Shown: piece by piece, positions 52,858-64,000 of the stretch
Layout: each line of letters starts with the position of its first letter
Numbering within the stretch: position 1 is the stretch's first letter
From: Octopus vulgaris
Taxonomy: Eukaryota
DNA: 64,000 bases
NCBI GenBank assembly: GCA_951406725.2
Contig: OX597831.1
Coordinates: forward strand, 72,044,001 to 72,108,000
Direction: 5' to 3'
Made by a program: the position numbers and the translations under genes
The notes under the pieces: generated by a model
Database searches by the model: none
Seen by the model: the letters and a program-made list of their open reading frames with translations, nothing else
What the model was told of the DNA's origin: nothing

Positions 52858-53220
52858 GGAGGTGCAATGGCCCAGTGGTTAGGGCAGCAGAATCGCGGTT
52901 GGAGGATCGCGGTTTCGATTCATAGACCGGGCGTTGTGTGTATTTATTGAGCGAAAAGTCCTAAAGCTCCACGATGCTCCGGCAGGGGGTGGTGGCGACC
53001 CCTGTTGTACTCTTTCGCTCCAACTTTCTCTCACTCTGTCTTCCTGTTTCTTGTCCCCGACTTCCTACGCAACCGCTGAGCCTGGATGCGCATTCATCCA
53101 TCCTTCGATGCTCTCGGTGTCGGGAGTTGACCTTCTTTCTCTTCTGCGGGTCTTACGAATAGCAAAGGACGACGTTTCGGACTTCTCCCACTACTGGGAC
53201 GAAAACCGCTTCGCTCAACA
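52858..53220 (+). mobile_element. SINE family C (tail type d)
   Basis: Family C head. Tail CCCGACTTCCTACGCAACCGCTGAGCC...TTCGCTCAAC followed by (CAA/CAG)n. Confidence 0.9.
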
Positions 53221-53740
53221 AACAAACAAAAAAACAGCAGCAGCAGCAACAACAACAACAACAACAACAAAAAAAAACAACCTCGAGTTACGCAACAACA
53301 GCGACTACAAAAGGACTTGGGGTTATGTAACAGCTGTAACAACAACGAAACGACAACGAAACGACAACGAAACGACAACACCGAAGGCAGCGGCAAAAAT
53401 AAAAAATATCAACAACAACGAAAACGACGACAATGGCGGCAACAACAACAACATCAACACTAACGACCGTTACGACAATATTAACAATGGATTAAGAACA
53501 GCAGCAATTAATAATGAGCTGCATAGACGCTCGCCCTTCTAGAAATAACAGCCAAGTCTTACTCAATTCATACCCTACTAACAAAAAAAGAAAAAGAAAA
53601 AGAAACAGCGTGAAGCTTGATATCCAACGTGACGGATGAACACGGTAACGAAACATTTGATCATAGATCAGCCCTATCAGAGATGATTGGATGCCTAACA
53701 ACAACAACCACAGCTGCTGCTGTTGCTGTTGTTGTTGCTG

Positions 53741-54108
53741 TTGAGCGAACGGTCTTCGTCCTAGAGCTCGCAAGATGGTAGAAGTCCGAAACGTGGTCCT
53801 TTGCTATTCGTAAGACCCGCAGAAGAGAAAGCAGGTCAACCCCCGACACCGAGAGTATTGATGGATGGATGAATGCGCATCCAGGCTCAGCGGTTGCGTA
53901 GGAAGTCGGGGACAAGAAACAGGAAGAAAGAGTGAGAGAAAGTTGGAGCGAAAGAGTACAACAGGGGTCGCCACCACCCCTGCCGGAGCCTCGTGGGGCT
54001 TTAGGTGTTTTCGCTCAATAAACACGCACAACGTCCGGTCTGGGAGTCGAAACCGCGATCTTCCGACCGCGAGTCCGCTGCCCTAACCACTGAGCCATTG
54101 CGCCTCCA
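53741..54108 (-). mobile_element. SINE family C (tail type d), inverted relative to 52858
   Basis: Reverse match to the 52858 copy. Confidence 0.9.
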
Positions 54109-54536
54109 CAGCTGCAGCTGCTGCTACTGCTGCTAACATCCTTGTTCTCTTGCTACACAACGATGTATAGCAACTTTACTTATTCGACATATTGTTTAAA
54201 AAAACAGAACTTGAAGCGAAAAACGTAGCCACAGAGAAAATATATTTAAACTAAGATATTGCCATATGTTTTGTGCCTTTTCTTTATCATTATCTTCTAT
54301 TTTTTTTGTTGGAAAAGTTTAAACGCGCACGGGCGCACCCGCCCACGCATTCACATATATGCACCCATGCACACACACACACACACATACATACATACAT
54401 ACATACATACATACATACATACATACACATATATATATATACATATACATATATATATATATATATTATATGCATATATATCTATATCTATATAAGCTTA
54501 TATATATGTATATATATATGGTTGTATGCATACATA

Positions 54537-54578
<42 letters not shown>

Positions 54579-54830
54579 CTTTTATATTAGATTCACATCA
54601 TTGAAAGTTTTTTAAAATATTTACTTCCGGTTTCTTAGCATCAGTGACGTAACAATTAGATGTATATATACAATGCGCCGTTGTATATTTACATTTTAAC
54701 TGCTTCTACTTAATTTCAGTCGCATTATTTTGTTTTTTGGCTCCTGGGGAAAATACATGAATGTCACAGCTTCTTATATATTTCTTTCATGAAAATCTTA
54801 CTCTTCACCTTCTTTATAGAAACAGTTCGT

Positions 54831-54891
<61 letters not shown>

Positions 54892-55039
54892 CGTGTATGT
54901 ATGTGTCTGTGTGTATGTGTTTGTGTGTGTGTATGTGTGTGTGTGTGTGTCTGTCTGTCTGTGTGTGTGTAAATAAGAAATTTGGGAGGAAATTAACTAC
55001 ACCAGCAGGTACAGTACCGACAACACACGCTCACAGAGA

Positions 55040-55580
55040 TAAAGTGGATGTCCCGGGAATTCTTTCAAGCAATGTGTCTCCAGTCACAGGTCCTCCTTCA
55101 GAGTTCCGGAAAAGAGATACGTAACATCACTGGCCAGCCACGTCTGGCAACTAAGAGACGATGGAATTCCATACTCGATCTCTTGGAAAATCTTCGAGAA
55201 TCTAGGTCCCTAAATCAACGGGACGAAACGTTGCAAGTTATGCATAGCTAAACACGTGAGAATCCTAAAAGACTCACTAGAACCAAGGAACATCCTTAAC
55301 TCTAGAACGGAGATTTTTGGGCCCTGTTTACATTTCTAGAAGTTCTTTCTAGCTTTTTGGAGCCCACAAGAGAGCAGCACATCCAGAAGTAGATAGCCAA
55401 TAGCAAAGGGGGATAATTCCCAATTGTTACCTTTGAGTAGTGAGGAATTTTCCCCTCTATATTTTTAAGAAGCCATAGACCAACGGGTTATTGGGATATG
55501 ACGATACGCCATAAAGCTATACCTTTTATGGGTGGGAAACCTAAGGTAATCCCATAAACCGGCCTTCCCATTTTTAATAT
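55040..55580 (+). mobile_element. Penelope-like element 3' fragment (GIY-YIG C-terminal region and terminus)
   Basis: HRSSFRVPEKRYVTSLASHVWQLRDDGIPYSISWKI...KRCKLCI...LNSRTEIFGPCLH, typical of PLE endonuclease C-termini. Ends in TA. Confidence 0.75.
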
Positions 55581-55590
55581 ATACATATAT

Positions 55591-55750
55591 AGGAGTGGCT
55601 GTGTGGTAAGTAGCTTGTTTACCAGCCACATGGTTCCGGATTCAGTCCCACTGCATGGCACCTTGGGCAAGTGTCTTCTGCTATAGCCACGGGCCGACCA
55701 ATGCCTTGTGAGTGGATTTGGTAGACGGAAACTGAAAGAAGCCTGTCGTA

Positions 55751-55801
<51 letters not shown>

Positions 55802-56024
55802 CTGTGTTTGTCTCCCTAGCATTGCTTGACAACTGATGCTGGTGTGTTTACGTCCCCGTTACTTAGCGGTTCGGCAAAAGAGACCGATAGAATAAGTACT
55901 GGGCTTACAAAGAATAAGTCCCGGGGCCAATTTGCTCGACTAAAGGCGGTGCCCCAGCATGGCTGCAGTCAAATGACTGAAACAAGTAAAAGAGTAAAAG
56001 AGTAAAAGAGTAAAAGAGTAAAAG
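55591..56024 (+). mobile_element. SINE B
   Basis: Match to the 7455 copy, with (GTAAAAGA)n tail. Confidence 0.92.
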
Positions 56025-56078
56025 TCAATTTTTGCAACATCACTACGTCACATATGACAAATGACATCGCTTAAATGG

Positions 56079-56588
56079 CAGCCATTTTCGGCTTCGCACG
56101 ATGGTGCTCTTTACAAAACTTGCACCATACAATCCTCAAGAGCTTCAGACCCCACTATTCTGATTTCTTAATTGATGTTCTTCAGTTGCACCAGGGTCTC
56201 CGGTTTGTTGACGTAAACCTTCTCTTTCAGGTATCCATGATTAAGACCTTTTTGCGACCGGCCATTGAAGGTAGACCTCACGATTGGGCAACTGCTCATA
56301 TCGCAAGAGAAACAGTGCAGTTGCTACGGCAGTGCTTTGGACAGAGAATAATCTCCCTCAACGGCAATGTCAACTGGCCTTCACGTTCCCCAGACTTGAC
56401 TAGCCCGGATTTTCTTTTATTTTTGTGGGGATACCTGAAAGAGAGGGTTTACGTCAACAAACCGGAGACCCTGGTGCAACTGAAGGAGAACATCAAGATA
56501 GAGGAATAAGAGAAGTGGAGTTTGAAGCTCTTGAGGGTGTTATGGTGCAAGTTTTTGGAAAGGGCACGGGCGTGTGAAGCCGAAAATG
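56079..56588 (+). mobile_element. Tc1/mariner-superfamily transposase C-terminal fragment with fold-back duplication
   Basis: HDWATAH...NWPSRSPDLTSPDF..LWGYLKERVYVNKPETLVQLKENI. 56079-56236 is an inverted copy of 56428-56588. Confidence 0.85.
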
Positions 56589-56589
56589 T

Positions 56590-56910
56590 TGTCAAGCAAT
56601 AGTAGGGGGACAAACGCAGACACACAACCTATTTCTTTATTGCAGACACACAACCGATGCTATGTATACATCTATTTATATATGTATATCTTTATACCTG
56701 TGTGTTTGGGGTCCCACCACCGCTTGACAGCTGTTGTTGATGTGCTTACGTCCCCGTAACTTAGCTGCTCGCTAAAAGAAAACGAGAGAATAAGTACCAG
56801 GATTTAAGAAAAAAATTGTCCTGTGATCTATTTGTTCGACTAAAGCTCTTCAAGGCGGTGCCCCAGCATGACCGCAGTAAAAATTACCGAAATAAATAAA
56901 AGATAAAAGA
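56590..56910 (+). mobile_element. SINE B-related fragments
   Basis: A short minus fragment followed by a plus 3' half (CTTGACAGC...GGCGGTGCCCCAGCATG). Confidence 0.7.
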
Positions 56911-57467
56911 CAAATGCGAGAAATCCTACGGAATTTATTTCCCTACACTTTTATTACTTTTGTTTCATTTGTGAACAATAACGCTGAAAAAAAATCCCTC
57001 GAAAATTTTCATCTATAAAAAGAACTGAAATCATGACTTTTTTGTGTTCCTACCACTGAAATTGTCAACAATAAACAATGAATAATTTGATACAGTGCTT
57101 CTAAATTTTATTTTTTTTAAACTACCAAGCCTATTCATTTACTAACACCTTTGTAATGCCTCCTTGCTACAATTCAACACCCTTCCATTATTAATGTGTA
57201 TATACATAATATCAAATCTGAACAATATATTTCCGTGTCTGAGTTTGATGCGAGTGACTACTTAAACGCAATAGCACCCCATTATGAGCCAACATTTGTT
57301 GCATCATCACTTGACCTTCGTTACCGACCCAACCTTTAGCAGTGTTTCACAAGGTGGGGTTCAAGCCTCTGAAACACAATAATATTCAGGTGGTGCGTAG
57401 AACTTCAAAATGGGGCATAAGTAACAAATGCATATAACTTGTAATAAAGTTTCAATTAAAACTTCAA

Positions 57468-57498
<31 letters not shown>

Positions 57499-57658
57499 TG
57501 TATGTATGTATGTATGTATGTATGTATTTATGTATGTATGTATGTATGTATGTATGTATGTATTTATGTATGTGCATAAATACATATGTACAAACATACA
57601 TATAGAAAGTTGAAACAAATACTACAAAGATTCTGTCTAATGTCCAAAAATCTTATAT

Positions 57659-58921
57659 ACGAGGTGTGTTCAAAAATAACCGACCCTTGAACATAAAACG
57701 AAAAACCATTTTGTACATTTCACAAATTTTATTTAATCACCTTCAAACTACTCCTCTCGGGAGTTCATAAACTCCTCGCAGTTGTTCTGCCACAGCTGGC
57801 GACACCTCTAGAACGCCTTCTCTGGTATGATATGGAGCTCCGTCGTCGCTTTTCTTACAATTTCGTCTCGCGACACAAATCGCTTCCCTTTCAACGTGGT
57901 TTTCGGTCTAGGGAAGAGCCAGAAGTCACACGATGCCAAGACGAGAGAGTAGGGAGCCTGTTGAACAAGTGGTGTGTTGTTCTTGGCCAGGAAAGCTTGG
58001 ATAATGTGGGCGGAATGAGCGGACGCATTGTCGTGGTGAAGTTGCCAATACTTCGCTACCCACATGTCCGATTGCTTACGATGAACAGCATGACGAAGGC
58101 AAGAAGGCAACGTGTAACCTCCAGGTGGTATTCCTTATTGGTTGTTTGACCACGGGAGTCAAAGAAATAGGTCAACATTACTTTCACAACGGATGTTTCC
58201 ATTGAGAGGACTGAAATTTGATTTCCGGATCGTAACAATAAACCCATGTCTCATTACTAGTGATGGTGGTCTTTGTGAAGTCTGGGACATGGTTTGCACA
58301 GTTCAGCATGTCCAGAGCGATTTCCGTACGGAGTTGCCTTGGCTGCTCTGTCAATACCTCGAGAACGAATTTCGCCGACATTCTCCGCATGCACAAGTAC
58401 TCCGTTAAAAGGAAATGCGCCGATCCTGTGCTTAGTCACACTTCGTCAGTAATTTCCTGGATTATTACACAACGGTCTTCATGACTATTCCCCGAACCTT
58501 CTTGAGCCAGCTCCGCCTTTCGGCTTGGTCATGGCCCGCCTAAGCGTGCCTCGGGCTCCACTGAGGTTCGGCCATGTTTGAAGCGGTTGTACCACTCCTT
58601 GATCTGAGTTTTGCCCATGACATCATCACCATAGGCCTGTTGAATCTTCTGCATGGTTTGAGTTTGAGTATCACCAAGCTTTTGGCAAAACTTCTTGCAA
58701 TATCAGTGCGTTGGCTATCTTACGTGCAAACGAAAATCCGACGTGCGCATACTGCACGCCTGTGCTCTGGGTGCAACAGCCGGAAGCTGATGTGGACTAT
58801 CGGCGTGGAAATTTTTCACTCATGTGCAGGCAGGGTCACGTCACCTTCCGCATAAAGGATTTTGCCCATACAGCATTATTTTAGGCGGGAAAAAATAAAA
58901 TCGGATACTTTTTGAACGCAC

Positions 58922-58927
<6 letters not shown>
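57659..58927 (-). mobile_element. Full-length decayed mariner transposon
   Basis: TIRs TACGAGGTGTGTTCAAAAA / TTTTTGAACGCACTTCATA. Motifs MRRMSAKFV, ITSNETWVYCYDPEIKFQSSQW, WQLHHDNASAH, APYSLVLASCDFWLFP. Confidence 0.93.
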
Positions 58928-58968
<41 letters not shown>

Positions 58969-59148
58969 TATATATATAGGTATATATATATAAGCAGAGA
59001 AAGAGCATATTTTAACATCATTTTAACATCAGTTTTAACATCATTTCCTTCGAAAGGGTCACCTTGTGCAGCAATACACTGGTCTCAGCGTTCCTGCCTC
59101 TTTTGGTTTGCATGTATATATATATGTGTGTGTGTGTGTGTGTATGTA

Positions 59149-59249
<101 letters not shown>

Positions 59250-60241
59250 TAAAAAATCGTTTAAGAATTTAATACACGCTATCAAATGTCAAGGATGTAA
59301 TGAAGATTACATAGGTCAAACAAAGCTTACTCTAAGAAATAGACTGGCCATTCACCAACAACAAATACGATATCCCAGTACTAGACAAATTCCACTGACT
59401 AGACACATAGACATATGTAGAAAAAATAAGTCACCCAAATTCCAGGTCTTCGCACTCTACCTATGTTCAATGAATACCACAGATGAAGCAGATATAAACA
59501 AAGAAAATACTTTCATACAAAACTACAAACCAAGACAAACTTTAACAGATTATACACACATATAACTATTCACACACAAAACTCATTCTGCCGCTTAACA
59601 TGAGGAACCTACACAGCTAACAACCTAAACTTTAGCCACTAGACTACACACAAACGACCCCTGTCCACTTTCCCCACTGGCCGATTAAATTTAGAATACC
59701 TTGATTGTAACTAAACGTGTTCAGTCAACCGTGTCAGCCTCCATTTTGGGCGCAAAATATACTGTCACGTGACTAACGCACGGATGTAGCGGGAAACGTA
59801 CAAGAGTTCTAAACTTAATCACGTGTTCATTCTCGATAAACACTTGATAAAAAACATTCAGAGCATTGACTATTTGGTACTGTCACTAGACGTGTTCGGT
59901 CAACCGTGTCAGCCTTAACTTACGGCACCAAACATTGTTACTTGATACTAACACACGGACAAAGCGGAGAACCTACAAAAATTTCTAAGATCAAGTCCTA
60001 TTCAAGACATATACTAATTTGAATCATAAACTCCCTATGAAAATAGAGCAAGCCTCAAACACTAGTCAGAAGCAAGACAGCTGTGACACAAGCCACATCT
60101 TTTTTTTTTCGACTTTTTGAAAATCAGCGTCAACACTGAAACCGGTTAAATCTTTTATTGTAAACAAACATTTCAATTATCTCAGTGCATTTTCAACTTC
60201 TATTCTTCCTATATTTTTACCCATGTGGAATGAAATAACTT

Positions 60242-60248
<7 letters not shown>
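59250..60248 (+). mobile_element. Penelope-like element 3' part (GIY-YIG, UTR, degenerate HHR) between (TA)n tracts
   Basis: [35 protein letters not shown]...HIDIC...KENTFIQNYKP. TTGAAAA...GAAACCGGTT at 60111-60152. Confidence 0.88.
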
Positions 60249-60308
<60 letters not shown>

Positions 60309-60579
60309 GATACATATTGAGAGAAAGAGAGAGTGAAGTAGTTATGAATATACATATGCATGTATATTTTACCAACAACCTTTTGTTTTGAGAAAGATTG
60401 ACCAGACTAACTAAAGTAACCTTGATAATGAGTTTAACTTCCCTAGAAAATTTTCTAGGTTACCTTGACCTTCGTTTTTACCTCATTTTTTTACTCCAAC
60501 TTGTCACTACTGAACTGCAATAAGCCTTCTTGCGAAGCGTAACACCACAGGCTAAATAACTTACAAACACAAACACACT

Positions 60580-60647
<68 letters not shown>

Positions 60648-61009
60648 ACACACACACGTGTGTGTGCCTGTGTGCTAGAGTGTGTGTGCTCGTGAGTATG
60701 CCTTATATAAATACATAAACACATAAATTGAAAACAGATGTCTGTCTATATAATTTGACTATTTTCAAATATGTTCATATTTTTTTTCACGCCCACTTAT
60801 GTATAATATTGTACATTTACTTAGAGAACCTTTCATTACCACATTCGCAAATACGGTGGGAGTGTCTATACTTAGCAGTGGAGGCTTAATAAAACCGAAA
60901 CATGGCCAGAGTTGTCTAAATGATCGAAATGATATTTCTTAGTATTTGGAGCTGATGTTCGTATTATATGTTCGTATTATAGTTTGCTGTTATAATTATC
61001 GTCGTTACT

Positions 61010-61104
61010 GTGATCATCATCATCATCATCCTTCTCTTCCTCTTCTTCTTCTTCCTCCTCCTCCTCCTCTTCTTCTTCTTCTTCCTCCTCCTCCTCCTCC
61101 TTAT

Positions 61105-61136
<32 letters not shown>

Positions 61137-61180
61137 CTTCTACCACCACGATCACAACCACTATCATCACCAGCACCATC
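61010..61180. repeat. Compound trinucleotide microsatellite
   Basis: (CAT)(CTT/CCT)(CAG)(CAC) runs. Confidence 0.9.
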
Positions 61181-61641
61181 ATATATGTATAATATATAAA
61201 TATATATATAATATATAAATAGATGCATGTATGTGTATTTATATACACTCTATAAAGTAATTAAATACCACTCCGGTGTCCGACGCAGAGTATCTCATTC
61301 ATACATACATAAAAAATTACATGCCATTAGCAAATATGAATAAGAATTAAATATATATAATATATATAAATATAAAAAAACTAAAAGTTATGTAATTTTA
61401 AAATAGGAATGAAGATTCAAATATAAACAATATATATATAAAAGTAAAATTATACATATGTATGTGTGTGTGTGTGTGTGTACTAGCAGAGGCACCCGGC
61501 GTTGCTCGGGAATTAAATTTTTCCTTATATATTGGAAGAAAAAAGCAAAATGTGTTGTATAGAAATTTATTATTCTAAATTCAATTTATTCTTCAATTGG
61601 GATACAATTTATTCTTTAATTGAGAAGTCAGTTCTGAATTC

Positions 61642-61709
<68 letters not shown>

Positions 61710-61714
<5 letters not shown>

Positions 61715-62173
61715 GATAGGCTACAGCAAATATTCTGCTCAATACCACAGATTTGCTTGTCAGTTGTTTGATCTTAACCAGTTGAGCATGTCTCTTAGTG
61801 GCTGACGATATGTGCATCTCTGATCATGAGCAGAAGTAGTGGGAGAGCATCATAGCCATATGTTGAGGTTTGGATAATTCACCTTTGGAAACATGGGTTG
61901 TTCGTTCAACATCCTTAAACAATCTTTATTTAGGGAGCCTTTGAGCGGGATGGGTTACTCGACCAGAAGAAAATTCTAACTGGGCCCCACCTGCAAGGTC
62001 ATGCGCTGTTATGGAAAGTCATGCTCTTGATATGAGATCACCATGTTGCACACATATAGTTGTGATGCATGTGCCTAGTGTACCCTTATCAGACGGGTAG
62101 CCATGATGGGTATACTGGGCTTCGTATATTTTACCCCAGCGTCACTTTGATGGCATGCACTGCTCTCTCACTC
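61710..62173 (+). mobile_element. Dispersed repeat flanked by (AAT)n, probably a retroelement 3' UTR, inserted in the Helitron
   Basis: A second copy lies at 50960-51095. Ends CTCTCTCACTC(AAT)n. No coding evidence. Confidence 0.6.
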
Positions 62174-62229
<56 letters not shown>

Positions 62230-62285
62230 CAATAATAATTATTATTATAACAACAACAACAACAACAACAACAACATCAACAACA

Positions 62286-62337
<52 letters not shown>

Positions 62338-62381
62338 CAACAATAATAATAATAATAATAATTATTATAACAACAACAACA

Positions 62382-62427
<46 letters not shown>

Positions 62428-62486
62428 CAACAATAATAATAATAATTATAACAACAACAACAACAACAACAACAACATCAACAACA

Positions 62487-62550
<64 letters not shown>

Positions 62551-62594
62551 CAACAATAATAATAATAATAATAATAATTATAACAAAAACAACA

Positions 62595-62665
<71 letters not shown>
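62174..62665. repeat. (AAT/AAC)n array with higher-order units
   Basis: ACAGTAAT and TTATAACAA landmarks each recur four times. Confidence 0.9.
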
Positions 62666-64000
62666 GATAAACGAAAATACAAAATTTACCACTTTTATGA
62701 AAGCAGATAAATTCTACCACATATGTTGAAGGAAATTATGTAAATAACATTCTTTGTTTTCTGGTTTGGAGCATAGACAAACAAGTCTTGCAAACTACCT
62801 ATCCTGTAGCAACCAACATAAAGCTGACCATGAGAAAAGCAAGCCAGTAGATTTCAAAGACTGACCTTGAGCTTTATTAATAGACATTGCAAAGCAAAGT
62901 CACGTTGGGAATTGTGTTCGTTTGAACTCAAATGACATGACTCTTGGTTTGATTGGAATTCTTGGAATGACAGCCTCTTCTCCAGAGGCACATCCAGTGA
63001 TGATGCTAGTTTCTACTACATTAGGTGATAATGTCTTCACAATCAACCTTGTCCCATTGCATAATTTAGGAAGGTCTATATTTCTTAGAAGCATTATTGG
63101 GACTCCTACCTTCAGAAAAAGTTTATGTGGAGGAATTCCTGGTGGCTCAGGGGAATTAAGAAACTCTGTTGGGTAATGGACAGCTTGATTTTCATCAAGG
63201 ACTGAATCAACTGATTTGTACTTCTTAATGACTGTTGGAATCTTATTCATTAACTCATGAATAATCTTTACTACTGTCTCATTTTTTGAAGTAAGAATTG
63301 CCCTTTCACACAACAATTTATGTGACTTATAATTATTACTTCGGTCTGGCAATACCCTGTTCTTCAGTTCAGCTGAGGAATTCACCATGATAGTAATATG
63401 ATCCAAATTGATATCACCATTCCCATTAAATGGTACTTTCCCCATTTCGTAATTGGAGGAGCCAGGTTGAAAACTGTTTTGCACATTGGTCCCCATGTAA
63501 TGAAGCTCACATGTTATTATTGAAGGAGAATTTCTGTACTTTATTCCATAGATGTGAAGACATAATGCATGCTTATATTTTATCAGATCTTGTTTGTCTC
63601 AGAATGACTGGTAATGTCTGTCTGAGGTCTCTTGGTTAAACTAGTGTAACTCCTCCCATAGATTTATTGTTGCCTCTGATGTCCTGTAAGGTTTTACCAA
63701 GAGCTTCCATTGCACCTCTATGTGACATGGTGCATTCATCCCAAATGAAAAGGTGGCAGTGGCACAACACTTCTGCTGAACCTGAATTTTTGCTTATGTT
63801 ACAAATTGGACTGTCACTTGTGACCAGGTTTGTTGGTAATTAAAAAGTAGAATGAGCTGTTCGTTCTCCTGTTTTTTTAATTGTTTTTTTAAGCTGGGCA
63901 CTTATTCTATCGACTCCTTTTTCCGAACCGCTAAGTTATGGGGATATAATCGTACCAACACCGGTTCGTTACACATGCGCGCGCACGTGTGGATTGTGAG

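Larger units (their letters stand above)
61483..63872 (-). mobile_element. Decayed Helitron 3' part: PIF1-type helicase remnant and 3' terminus
   Basis: A|CTAG plus hairpin CCCGGCGTTGCTCGGG at 61482-61510. Helicase motifs RTAHSTF, IWDECTMSH, DLRQTLPVI, LCERAILT, PPHKLFLKVGVPIMLLRN..PKLCNGTRL, FKRTQFP, FSHGQLYV, KTKNVIY. Stops present. Confidence 0.9.

Noticed and set aside
53745-53805. GTCCGAAACGT in the antisense of SINE tail d as a ribozyme
   Set aside because: No CUGANGA box at the right position.
62900-63496. Cellular PIF1 gene (also 3023-3572)
   Set aside because: Intronless with stops and frameshifts, and linked to Helitron termini.

Overview
This is AT-rich, repeat-saturated eukaryotic DNA, most likely an Octopus intron or intergenic region. 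The assignment is an inference from three abundant tRNA-derived SINE families and very dense (TA)n/(CA)n/(AAT)n microsatellites. No intact host protein-coding exon could be supported, and almost all listed ORFs are microsatellite translations. The recognisable coding remnants are all decayed transposable elements: CR1-group, Tx1/L1, RTE and R4/Dong-like LINEs, Penelope-like elements (PLEs, GIY-YIG), mariner/Tc1 transposons with MITEs, and Helitrons (PIF1-type helicase plus non-autonomous copies). The most interesting signal is a set of hammerhead-ribozyme (HHR) motifs folded by eye. One is a complete type I HHR with a very long helix II (31045-31158). Two U3/A8-covariant HHRs sit in the arms of a ~460-bp palindrome (38179-38640). 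Several minimal, probably dimer-dependent HHRs carry core variants. Most lie in PLE-like termini abutting (TA)n tracts. Other observations are a perfect spacer-less 184-bp palindrome, an apparent GGTA target preference for one SINE, and tail-swapping in another. Coordinates were counted by hand and element boundaries are approximate.
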